Positions 38,095 to 47,037 of a stretch of DNA of 64,000 bases are shown here, piece by piece. The translations under genes and the position numbers were made by a program. The stretch's first letter is position 1, and the number at the start of each line of letters is the position of its first letter. The stretch covers positions 96,001 to 160,000 of the forward strand of contig JAXHNB010000009.1 in the NCBI GenBank assembly GCA_034520945.1, in the 5' to 3' direction. Source of the DNA: Trueperaceae bacterium. Its GTDB lineage: Bacteria > Deinococcota > Deinococci > Deinococcales > Trueperaceae. The notes under the pieces are model-generated. The model saw nothing but the letters and a program-made list of their open reading frames with translations, was not told the origin of the DNA and ran no database searches.

Positions 38095-38762
38095 CCGACC
38101 TGCAGGTCCTGGCGCGCTGCCCGCTCTTCGCCGAGCTGGCCCATGACGACCTGGCGGCCTTGGCGGACATCGCCGTGCGTCGCCAGCAGCAGGCGGGCCA
38201 GACGCTGTTCCTCGCCGGCGACCGCCCCGAGGGCCTTCACGTGGTCGTCCGGGGTCGGATCCGCATCCAGGTGGCGTCGCCCGAGACGGGCCGACCGCTG
38301 GTGCTCACGGTCGAACATCCCTACCACGCGGTCGCCGAATTGCCCTCGTTCGACGGCGGTCCCTACCCGGCCCACGGCGAGGCGGAGGTGGCCAGCGAGA
38401 CCGTGTTCCTGCCGCAGGACCGGCTCGATCGCCTGTTGGACACGCGGCCCCGCCTGTCACGCGTGCTGCTGCGAACCCTGGGCAGGCGCCTCCGTCGCCT
38501 GGTGGGCCTCATCGAGCGGCTGTCGTTCCAGGAGGTCGTCCAGCGCCTGGCCGGCCACCTGCTGGACCGGGCGCACGGCGGTCTTCCCTTCGAGCTCGAC
38601 ACCAACGCCGCCATCGCCGCGGCGCTCGGCACCGTGCCGGAGCTGGCCAGCCGCAACCTGTCGCGGCTGGCGCAGCAGGGCGCGATCACGCTGGACGGAC
38701 GCACGGTGACCGGCATCGACGCGCAGGCGCTGGCCGAGCTGGCGGGCCGCGCGAGCCGCTGA
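38091..38762 (+). CDS. Crp/Fnr-family transcriptional regulator
   Basis: CPLFAEL, LFLAGD, VAELPSFDGGPYPA, HTH IAAALGTVPELASRNLSRL. Confidence 0.9.
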   Translation: MTDLQVLARCPLFAELAHDDLAALADIAVRRQQQAGQTLFLAGDRPEGLHVVVRGRIRIQVASPETGRPLVLTVEHPYHAVAELPSFDGGPYPAHGEAEVASETVFLPQDRLDRLLDTRPRLSRVLLRTLGRRLRRLVGLIERLSFQEVVQRLAGHLLDRAHGGLPFELDTNAAIAAALGTVPELASRNLSRLAQQGAITLDGRTVTGIDAQALAELAGRASR

Positions 38763-38832
38763 GGCCGGCGCCCCGCCGCCGTCTCCACCCACGTCATGGC
38801 GACGACCGTGGCGGCGACGCACGATGAGGGGC

Positions 38833-39063
38833 ATGAACGGTACCGAGCCTCCCCTGGATCGACCGACCCGCATGCGCATCGACGCGGCGCGCTGTCAGCG
38901 GGGGCGCCTGTGCCAGCTGCTGGCCCCCGAGATCGAACGTGAGCGACCCATCGCCGTCACCTCCGCGACGTTGGAGGCGATGGCCGCCTGCCCGACCGGC
39001 GCGCTGGGCTGGGACGAAACCGAGCCGTCCGCCGACGCCGCGGACGGCGATGCCGACGGCTGA
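38833..39063 (+). CDS. Small ferredoxin-like protein ([3Fe-4S]-type Cys pattern)
   Basis: RIDAARCQRGRLCQLLAPE...AMAACPTGAL (C-x5-C...CP). Confidence 0.65.
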   Translation: MNGTEPPLDRPTRMRIDAARCQRGRLCQLLAPEIERERPIAVTSATLEAMAACPTGALGWDETEPSADAADGDADG

Positions 39064-39075
39064 GGCGAGCACGGC

Positions 39076-39501
39076 GTGAGCCGCGTTCAGGCCGCGTTCG
39101 TGCGCACCGCCGCTGCGTACCTCGTGGCCACCGGCGCACTGGGGGTGGCGTTTTTGTTCGAGCCGCCCTGGACGTGGGCGTTCCGCGTGGTGCACGTGCA
39201 CGCAGGCATTTTGGGCTTCTTCTTGTCGCTGGTGATGGGCGTGGCGTTCTGGCTGCTGCCGCGGCCCGGCGGTCGGCGCTTGCCGCGCCGGGAAGCATGG
39301 GCGTACGCGGCGTTTCACGGCGGCCTGCTGCTGCGTCTGGCATTGGAGCCGTGGTGGCGGTTGGGGGGCCCGCCAGCGCTGCACGGGCTGGTGATCGTGG
39401 GCAGCGTCGCCACGCTGGTGGGCATGGCGATCTTCGCCGCCGAGGCGTGGCGCCGGGCCACCACCCCCGAGGCGCTGCGGCGGGCCCGCGAGGGCGCCTG
39501 A
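39076..39501 (+). CDS. Four-TM membrane protein with HxH motif (NnrS / heme-copper subunit-like fragment)
   Basis: VHVHAGILGFFLSLVMGVAFWLLPR; four hydrophobic segments. Confidence 0.65.
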   Translation: MSRVQAAFVRTAAAYLVATGALGVAFLFEPPWTWAFRVVHVHAGILGFFLSLVMGVAFWLLPRPGGRRLPRREAWAYAAFHGGLLLRLALEPWWRLGGPPALHGLVIVGSVATLVGMAIFAAEAWRRATTPEALRRAREGA

Positions 39502-39605
39502 GCCGCGCCGGACGCAACGCGCCCGGCCACACGAAACGTCGTCACCCGCGGACGTGGTAGCGTCAGGCACGATCGCCCCGGCCGCCCGGGGCCTAGGAGG
39601 TCGAC

Positions 39606-41072
39606 ATGCCGTCCCCCAACCCCGAGACCGCCGACATCGGCCTCATCGGCCTGGCCGTGATGGGCCAGAACCTCGTCTTGAACATGACCGACCACGACGT
39701 CTCCGTCGCCGTGTACAACCGCACCGAGTCGGTCACCCGCGAGTTCGTGGAGGGCCGTGCCGCGGACGTGCCGGTCATCCCCGCCGTGTCGCTGGAGGAC
39801 CTCGTCGACACATTGGCCCGCCCGCGCAAGATCATGCTGATGGTCAAGGCCGGGCAGGTGGTCGACATGGTCCTCGACGAGCTGGTCCCGCTGCTGGACG
39901 AAGGCGACATCGTGCTGGACGGCGGCAACAGCCACTACCCGGACACGCGCCGCCGGGCCGAGGCGTTGAATGCGCGCGGCATCCGCTTCCTCGGCGTCGG
40001 CGTGTCCGGCGGGGAGGAAGGGGCGCGCAACGGGCCCAGCATCATGCCCGGCGGCGACCGCGACGCCTACGAGCAGGTCGCGCCCATCCTGCGCGCCATC
40101 GCCGCCAAGGCGCCCGACGGCGAGCCGTGCGTGGACTGGCTGGGCGAGGACGGCGCCGGCCACTTCGTGAAGATGGTGCACAACGGCATCGAGTACGGCG
40201 ACATGCAGCTCATCGCCGAGGCGTACCACCTGATGCGCGAGGGGCTGGGCATGACGCCGGAGGCGATGCAGCGGGTGTTCTCTACCTGGAACGACGGGGT
40301 GCTGGACAGCTACCTGATCGAGATCACCGCCGACATCCTGAACACGCACGACGAGGACGGTGCCCTGGTGCTGGACACCGTCCTCGACACCGCCGGCCAG
40401 AAGGGCACCGGCCGTTGGACCGCGATCGACGCCCTGGAGCAGGGGGTTCCCCTCACCCTGATCGACGAGGCGGTGGCGGCCCGCTCGCTGTCGGCGGCCA
40501 AGGAGGAGCGGGTGCGCGCCTCGTCGGTGCTGCACGGCACCGAGCACGAGCACGACGGCGATGACGAAGCGTTCCTGAACGACCTGCACGACGCCCTCTA
40601 CGCCAGCAAGATCGTGGGCTACGCCCAGGGCATCGCCCTCATGCGCGAGGCGTCGCGCACGCACGAATGGACGCTCGATCCCGGCAAGGCCGCCGCGCTG
40701 TGGCGCGCCGGTTGCATCATTCGCAGCCGCTTCCTGAACGACATCACGCAGGCCTTCCGCAGCGACCAGGGGCTCGACAACCTGCTGCTGGCCCCGTTCT
40801 TCACGGACGCGGTCCACCAGGCGCAGGAAGGCTGGCGCCGCACCGTGGCGCGGGCCGTCACCTTCGGCGTGCCGGTGCCCGCCATGTCCGCCGCGTTGAC
40901 GTTCTTCGACGGCTACCGCACGGCCAACGGCCCGGCCAACCTCATTCAGGCGCAGCGCGACTACTTCGGCGCGCACACCTACGAGCGCGTCGACCGGCCA
41001 CGCGGCCAACGCTTCCATTTCGACTGGATCGGTTCCGGCGGCGGCGTCACCTCGGGCGGGTACGACGCCTGA
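39606..41072 (+). CDS. gnd: 6-phosphogluconate dehydrogenase (decarboxylating)
   Basis: GLAVMGQNL, SGGEEGA, KMVHNGIEY, QKGTG, QRDYFGAHTY. Confidence 0.97.
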   Translation: MPSPNPETADIGLIGLAVMGQNLVLNMTDHDVSVAVYNRTESVTREFVEGRAADVPVIPAVSLEDLVDTLARPRKIMLMVKAGQVVDMVLDELVPLLDEGDIVLDGGNSHYPDTRRRAEALNARGIRFLGVGVSGGEEGARNGPSIMPGGDRDAYEQVAPILRAIAAKAPDGEPCVDWLGEDGAGHFVKMVHNGIEYGDMQLIAEAYHLMREGLGMTPEAMQRVFSTWNDGVLDSYLIEITADILNTHDEDGALVLDTVLDTAGQKGTGRWTAIDALEQGVPLTLIDEAVAARSLSAAKEERVRASSVLHGTEHEHDGDDEAFLNDLHDALYASKIVGYAQGIALMREASRTHEWTLDPGKAAALWRAGCIIRSRFLNDITQAFRSDQGLDNLLLAPFFTDAVHQAQEGWRRTVARAVTFGVPVPAMSAALTFFDGYRTANGPANLIQAQRDYFGAHTYERVDRPRGQRFHFDWIGSGGGVTSGGYDA

Positions 41073-41090
41073 TGCCGGGACGCTGATCGG

Positions 41091-41825
41091 GTGGACGCGC
41101 TCTGCCTCGCTGCCGGCCAGGGCACGCGCTTCGGGTCGCTGGGCCGCTATCTGCAGAAGTGCATGTACCCGGTCGGGCTGACGCCGTTCGTCGCCTACTC
41201 GGTCCACAACCTGTTGCGCAGCGGCGCGGTGCGGCCCGGTCGCGACCGCCTGACCCTGGTCATTGGCCATCACGGCGATCAGGTCCGCCGCTACTTCGGG
41301 GACGCCTACCACGGGCTCGCGGTCGCCTACCTCGACCAGGCCCGACCGGAGGGGACGGGGCACGCGCTGGCGCTGGCGCAGGAGGCGCTGCGCCCCGCCT
41401 CGTCGCTGTTGTGCTGGTTGGCGGACGCCTACGTCCCGGCCACGTCGTTCGCGCAGCTGGCAGCGCACCGCGCCGACACCGTCCTCACGCTTGCCCCCGA
41501 CCCCGCCGGGGAGAACCCGCGCGTCCGCACCGACGTACGCGACGGCCGCGTCGTGCGGGCCCTGCAGGGTCGCGGCCCGGGCGCCGACATGGGCGTCTGG
41601 AAGATGGCGCCGGACGTGATGCGCGACATGCGCGACCGCGGGGCCGACGGCGAAATCCGCATGTTGCCCAACCTGCAACGCATGATCGACGCCGGCCGCG
41701 AAGTCGGCTACGTCGAGGCGCGGGAGTGGCTCCATCTGGGCGGCACGGCGCCGACGCCCGAAGCCAACGTGCTGCGCGTGGTGGACCGCGTGCGCGCGTT
41801 GGAGGGGCTGGAGGGGCCGGCGTGA
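41091..41825 (+). CDS. Sugar-phosphate nucleotidyltransferase (NTP_transferase)
   Basis: LAAGQGTRF...KCM, QARPEGTGHAL, WLHLG. Confidence 0.8.
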   Translation: MDALCLAAGQGTRFGSLGRYLQKCMYPVGLTPFVAYSVHNLLRSGAVRPGRDRLTLVIGHHGDQVRRYFGDAYHGLAVAYLDQARPEGTGHALALAQEALRPASSLLCWLADAYVPATSFAQLAAHRADTVLTLAPDPAGENPRVRTDVRDGRVVRALQGRGPGADMGVWKMAPDVMRDMRDRGADGEIRMLPNLQRMIDAGREVGYVEAREWLHLGGTAPTPEANVLRVVDRVRALEGLEGPA

Positions 41826-42852
41826 TCGTCTCGCGTACGCCGCTGCGCGTTCCCCTCGCCGGCGGGCTGACGGACCTGGCGGCGTACGCGCAGCGGTTCG
41901 GCGGGGCGACGCTGAGCGCGACCATCGACAAGTACGTCTACGTCACCGTCAAGGACGACCTGGACGGAACGTTCGACGTGCGGTACCAGGACGCGCACGA
42001 GCGCGCGGCCCGCGCGGGTGCGCTGCGGCACGACCTGTTGCGCGAGGCGCTGCGGCTCACGGGCATGGACGAGCCCGGCCGCTGGACGTGGACTTCCGGG
42101 TGGACCTGGCCGGCGAGAGCGGCCTGGGTACCAGCGGCGCACTCAGCGTGGGCATCCTGCACGCGCTGGCGCGGTTGCGGGGCGCGACGGTGGATCCCTG
42201 GACGTTGCTGGCCGACGCGGCCCGGGTGGAGGTCGACATGCTGCAAGGCGCCAGCGGGTATCACGACCCGGCGATCTGCGCGCTGGGCGGTCTTCGGCAC
42301 CTCGCGTACGACGGCCGGGGCGGCGTGCGCGAGGTCCCGTTGCAGCTGGCGGAGGGCATGGGGGCGCGGCTGGACGAGGCGTTGCTGCTGTTCTACTCCG
42401 GCCATCACGCCCGCAGCAAACCGTCCCTCGACCTGCTCGGCAGCCACATGGACGAGGCCTTGCCCGTCCTGCACGAAATCCGCGCCTTGACGGACGAGCT
42501 GGCCACCGCCCTGGCGGACGGCGACCTGCCGCGCGTCGCCGGGGCCATCGGGACGCAGCAGCGCCTCAAGCAGCGCCTGCCCGGCCGCTTCGTGGACGAC
42601 TCCGTCGAAGACGTCGTCGCCCGGGTGCGCGCCACCGGCGCCGAAGCGCAACTGCCGGGCGGCAAGATCAGCGCGTTCGTGCTGGCGTGCTGTCCCGACG
42701 GACAACAGGACGCCGTGCGTGCCGCGCTGGCCGACCTGCGCGAGGTGCCGTTCTCGTTTCAGTCCGAAGGGACGCGCGCGATCGGGTTCGGAGGCGACGC
42801 GAAGCCCGCGGCACCGTTCACAGACCGGCCCGCTGCGGGCCCTCTAGACTGA
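41822..42852 (+). CDS. GHMP-family sugar kinase (HddA-like), frameshift near 42074
   Basis: VIVSRTPLRVPLAGGLTD...SATIDKYVYV...HDLLREAL, continuing in another frame as DLAGESGLGTSG...GYHD...LLFYSG. Confidence 0.8.
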
Positions 42853-42856
42853 CGGC

Positions 42857-44743
42857 GTGGGCGACCGGGAGGGGTACGCGACAGCGCGCGACAGGGACGC
42901 GCGCAGCCTGTTCGAGGACCATCCCCTGCCGATGTGGGTCTTCGACCCGGCCGACCTGCGCATCCTGGACGTGAACCGGACGGCGCAGGACCTCTACGGC
43001 TACGACCGCGACACCTTCCTGACCCTGACGCTGCTGGACCTGCGGCCCCAGGAGGACCGCGCGTCGTTCGCCGCCTCCATGCAAGCGGGCCGCAGCGGCA
43101 GCGTGCGGCGTGAGCAGGTGCGCCACCTGACCCGCGACGGCCGGGTGCTGGAGGTGGAGGTCGACGGTCAGGACACCACGTTCGACGGCCGTCCGGCCCG
43201 GTTGGTGGTCGTCCAGGACGTGAGCGACCGACGCGCCGCCGAGCGGGCGCGCGACCGGGAGGTCGCCCGCGTCCAGGCGCTGCTCGAGAACGCCCACGAG
43301 GTCGCCACCGTGATCGACGCCGACTGGCGGGTCACCTACGTGACGCCAGGCGCGCGGCGCATCCTGGGGTACGACGCGTCGGCGTGGCTGGGGCGCAACC
43401 GCGACGACCTGCTGCCCGAAGAGAGCCTTCGTGTCGTGCACGACACCCTGCGACGACTGAAAGACAGACCCGGCGCGTCGGAGACGATCCGCTACCGCCA
43501 CCACCGCGCCGACGGCACCGAGCTGTGGCTCGAGAACACCGTCACCAACCTGCTTCACCACCCCTCGGTCGAGGGCTACGTCTTCAACTGGCGCGACGTG
43601 AGCCGCGACGTGGCGGCCGACGAGGAAGAGGCCCGCACGCGGGCACGGATCGAATCGCTGAACCGCACGCTCTCGCGTTCGGTGGAGGCGTACCGCCTGC
43701 TGGCGTCGTTCGGCGCCGAAATCGAGTCGCTGCACGACGTGGACACGCTGCTATCGACCGGCCTGGCGCGCCTCACGGAACTGCTGGGCACGGACATGGC
43801 CGGCTTCTACGAGGTCCACGACGACCAGGTCCAGTTGGCCCGGACGCACGGCGACATCCCGGAGCGGTTGCAGGCCCGGATCTTCGAACCGCAATCCCCG
43901 GACGTCGGGCTGATCGGCGAGGTCGTCACGAGCGGTCGCACCGCCTTCGTACGGGGCTACGACGATGCGCCCCACGGCCTTCCCGAGATCCGCGGCCTGG
44001 GGGTCGGCACCCACCTGGCGGTACCGGTGCTGGTGGACGACGTCGTGCGCTACGTGGTGAGCCTCTCCACCTTGCACCGCGAGGTGGAGCTGCGCGACGA
44101 GTCGATCCAGGTGGCGGAGTCGTTCGTGCGGCGCCTGGAGAACGCGCTGCACCGCGTGCGCTACCTGGACGAGGTCGCCGCCACCCGCGAAGCGACCTTT
44201 CGCGCCTTCGGTCTGGCGTTGGAGGCGCGCGACTTCGAGACCGGCGGGCATACCGACCGCGTGGTCGCGCTGGCGGAACGGTTCGCCCGGCGCATGGGCC
44301 TGGGCGATGCGGAGGTTCGCGGGGTGCGGTGGGGCGCCTACCTCCACGACGTCGGCAAAGTGGCCATGCCGGACGCCATCCTGCTGAAGCCCGGCCCCCT
44401 GAGCGAACGGGAGTTCGAGGTGATCCGCACGCACGCCGTGCTCGGGTGGGAGATGATCCGCGACGTACCGTTCCTCCCGCCTTCGGCGCGGGCGCTGGTG
44501 CGTCACCACCATGAACGTTGGGACGGCGCGGGCTACCCGGACGGCCTGGCGGGTGAAGCGATCCCGTTGGCGGCCCGCATGTTCGCGCTGGTCGACGTGT
44601 TCGACGCGCTGACGCACGCACGGCCGTACAAGGGCGCCTGGCCGCCCGAGCGGGCCGCCCGGCACCTGTCCGCCTCCGCCGGTCGGCATTTCGATCCGAC
44701 CCTGGTGCCGGTGTTCCTCGACCTGGTGGGGTTGGAGGGTTGA
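42857..44743 (+). CDS. PAS-PAS-GAF-HD-GYP c-di-GMP phosphodiesterase
   Basis: PLPMWVFD PAS, second PAS, GAF; ETGGHTDRV, LHDVGK, HHERWDGAGYP, RPYK. Confidence 0.93.
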   Translation: MGDREGYATARDRDARSLFEDHPLPMWVFDPADLRILDVNRTAQDLYGYDRDTFLTLTLLDLRPQEDRASFAASMQAGRSGSVRREQVRHLTRDGRVLEVEVDGQDTTFDGRPARLVVVQDVSDRRAAERARDREVARVQALLENAHEVATVIDADWRVTYVTPGARRILGYDASAWLGRNRDDLLPEESLRVVHDTLRRLKDRPGASETIRYRHHRADGTELWLENTVTNLLHHPSVEGYVFNWRDVSRDVAADEEEARTRARIESLNRTLSRSVEAYRLLASFGAEIESLHDVDTLLSTGLARLTELLGTDMAGFYEVHDDQVQLARTHGDIPERLQARIFEPQSPDVGLIGEVVTSGRTAFVRGYDDAPHGLPEIRGLGVGTHLAVPVLVDDVVRYVVSLSTLHREVELRDESIQVAESFVRRLENALHRVRYLDEVAATREATFRAFGLALEARDFETGGHTDRVVALAERFARRMGLGDAEVRGVRWGAYLHDVGKVAMPDAILLKPGPLSEREFEVIRTHAVLGWEMIRDVPFLPPSARALVRHHHERWDGAGYPDGLAGEAIPLAARMFALVDVFDALTHARPYKGAWPPERAARHLSASAGRHFDPTLVPVFLDLVGLEG

Positions 44744-44759
44744 GCGCGCCGACGCGGCT

Positions 44760-46382
44760 TCAGTCGCCCGCGACGGTGCGGTCGCGTCCGCCGCTCTTGG
44801 CGCGGTAGAGGCGGCGGTCCGCCACCCGAAGCAGATCGGCGGGATCGTCGACCTCGCCCGATGCGACCGCGCCGACGCTGGCGCTGACATTCAGTCCGGG
44901 CGCCAGGTCCGACCAGGGCGCGCCGCTCAGGGCGCGCCGAACCCGCGCCAGCGAATGCGTCGCGTCCGCCAGTGAGGCGTCCGGCAGCAACAGGGCGAAC
45001 TCCTCGCCCCCCCACCGCGCCGCCACGTCCGAGGCGCGCAGGTTGCCAACCAGGAGGGCGGCCACCCTCGCCAGCACCCGGTCCCCGACCTCGTGACTGT
45101 GGACGTCGTTGACCTCCTTGAACCGGTCCAGGTCCAGCAAGGCCAGCACGAACGGACGGCCGTGCCGCTGGGCGTTGGCGACCTCCTGACGCAGGCGCTG
45201 GTCCAACGCCCGCCGGTTGGCCAGGCCTGTGAGTTGGTCGGTGACGCTGAGCTCCTCCAGGCGGCGGGCCTGCAGTCGGAGGTCGGCGTTGGCGCGCTCC
45301 AACTCCACCGAGCGCATGCGCGCCACCTCGTGATCGCCGTGCAAGCCCAGCTCCAGCTCCAGCAGACGCACCCGCACCGCCGCGTCGGCCGCGCGACCGC
45401 GCAGGCGACGGTCGAGCGCCACGTGGCGGCGCAACGTCGTCAGGGCGTCGGTGGTGCGCCCCACCGCCTCGTACGCCCGAGAAAGCGGCTCCAGCGCGTC
45501 GAAACGCTCGAACGCGTCGTTGGCCGCGTCCTCGCCCGCGAGCACCTCGAGGTGGGTCAGCGCCTCGTCCAACGTGCCGTGCTCCAGGGCCCATACGCCG
45601 TACCAGAACCGCGTGTCGCGGGCGTAGTGCGTTCCGTGACCCGCCTCGTGAAGCGCCATGGCACGCTCGAACGCCTGCTTGGCCCGTTCGTCGGCGCCCG
45701 CCATGCCGTGCGCGCGCCCCAGCTTGGCCCAGGTCGCGGCCACGTGATCCAAGCGGTCCAGGCGCTCGAACGCCTCCAAGGCACCATCCAACGCCGGAAT
45801 CGCCAAGGCGGGGCGATTCGCGAGGCCGTGCGCGCGACCGACGTTGGCCCGCGCCAGCGTGGCGTTGGCCTCGTCCCCCACCTCTTCGAAGCGGTGAGTC
45901 GCCCGGTCGAACATGGCGACCGCCTCGTCGTACCGCTCCAACTGCAGGTAGACGTTGCCGAGGTTGTTGAGCGGCCCGCCCTCGGCCGGAAGCCCGGCAC
46001 GTTCGCTCTCCTGCAACGCCTGCCACAGGTGCTCCAAGGCGTACTCGTGCAGGCCGTCCACACCGAAGGTGACGGCCAGGTCGTTGTGCGCGCTGGCGCG
46101 CGCTTCGGACCCGAGCTCGTCCGTGGCGATGCGTAACGCCTCGTAGCCGTGCCGGCGCGCCTCGTCCAGGCGGCCGAGGTAGAACGCCGCCTGCAGCGCC
46201 AGCCGGTGCGCCTCGCGTTGCTGGGTCGGATCATCGAGGGACGTCGCCACGACAGCGGCGCGCTCCAGGGCAGCCTCGTACGCGTGGGCGTCGAAGTCTT
46301 CGCGCGCCTGCAGCAACGGGTCACCTGCGTGCGTGGACGCGGGGGTGGCGTCCGCATATGTCACGTAGAGAGGATACGCCAT
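44760..46382 (-). CDS. TPR-repeat diguanylate cyclase (GGEEF)
   Basis: TPRs (LNNLGNVYLQLERYDEA), TDQLTGLANRR, RASD I-site, GGEEF; start codon uncertain. Confidence 0.9.
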   Translation of the reverse strand: MAYPLYVTYADATPASTHAGDPLLQAREDFDAHAYEAALERAAVVATSLDDPTQQREAHRLALQAAFYLGRLDEARRHGYEALRIATDELGSEARASAHNDLAVTFGVDGLHEYALEHLWQALQESERAGLPAEGGPLNNLGNVYLQLERYDEAVAMFDRATHRFEEVGDEANATLARANVGRAHGLANRPALAIPALDGALEAFERLDRLDHVAATWAKLGRAHGMAGADERAKQAFERAMALHEAGHGTHYARDTRFWYGVWALEHGTLDEALTHLEVLAGEDAANDAFERFDALEPLSRAYEAVGRTTDALTTLRRHVALDRRLRGRAADAAVRVRLLELELGLHGDHEVARMRSVELERANADLRLQARRLEELSVTDQLTGLANRRALDQRLRQEVANAQRHGRPFVLALLDLDRFKEVNDVHSHEVGDRVLARVAALLVGNLRASDVAARWGGEEFALLLPDASLADATHSLARVRRALSGAPWSDLAPGLNVSASVGAVASGEVDDPADLLRVADRRLYRAKSGGRDRTVAGD

Positions 46383-46426
46383 ACAGCGTCGACTGCGCGT
46401 CGCGGACGCCATCCCCACGCGCCGCG

Positions 46427-46819
46427 TCAAGATCCTCCGGTCAGGCGGAGCGCCAACGCGCGCCCCAACAGGATGGCGCCGTACCCGAGCATCAGGTTGC
46501 CTGCGACCGACAGGGCCGCCATGCCCCCGAAGCCGTCGCGAAGCAACAGATCGCTTTCCAGCTCGAAGGTGGAGAACGTCGTCAGCGCCCCCAGGAACCC
46601 CGTTCCCAAGGCCAAGCGTGCCGTGGGGGACAGTGTGCCGTGGAGGCCGAACCAGGCCAGAAACGAGAGCAGGAACGATCCCGCCACGTTGACGAGCAGC
46701 GTCGCCAGGGGGAACCGTGCCCATGCCGTTCCGGCCAGCGCCCCCTGCGCGCCCAGGGCCACCAGGTACCGGGCCAGCGAGCCGAGCGCGCCCCCGACCA
46801 TTACGAGAAGTACGGCCAT
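46427..46819 (-). CDS. crcB: Fluoride efflux channel FluC/CrcB
   Basis: GGALGSLARY, FPLATLLVNVAGSF, GTGFLGALTTFSTF; AGGAGG RBS. Confidence 0.95.
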   Translation of the reverse strand: MAVLLVMVGGALGSLARYLVALGAQGALAGTAWARFPLATLLVNVAGSFLLSFLAWFGLHGTLSPTARLALGTGFLGALTTFSTFELESDLLLRDGFGGMAALSVAGNLMLGYGAILLGRALALRLTGGS

Positions 46820-46845
46820 ACGACCTCCTGGTGCTCGAAGGTTCG

Positions 46846-46899
46846 TGGTAGGCGTCATCAGCCGAGCACGGGCGGTCCAGAGGCGAACGCCATCGCCCT
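46846..46899 (-). ncRNA. Fluoride riboswitch (crcB motif)
   Basis: Reverse complement GGCGATGGCGTTCGCC-tctgg-ACCGC...GCTGATGACGCCTAC matches the consensus; directly 5' of crcB. Confidence 0.93.
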
Positions 46900-47037
46900 T
46901 CGCGCTGGAACCGTAGCATGCGCGTTCATCATCCGCGCGGGTCCTCGCCCGCCCCGCGCCGGTCCGGTATGTTCGTGGGGCGATCGTGGGCGCCCTTCGC
47001 CCCTGGACCCTGAACATCCCTCGCGTTTGGAGGCGTC

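Noticed and set aside
44760..46919. 719-aa ORF suggesting a long N-terminal extension of the TPR-GGEEF protein
   Set aside because: The first 179 aa overlap crcB and the riboswitch in another frame; the real start is near 46382
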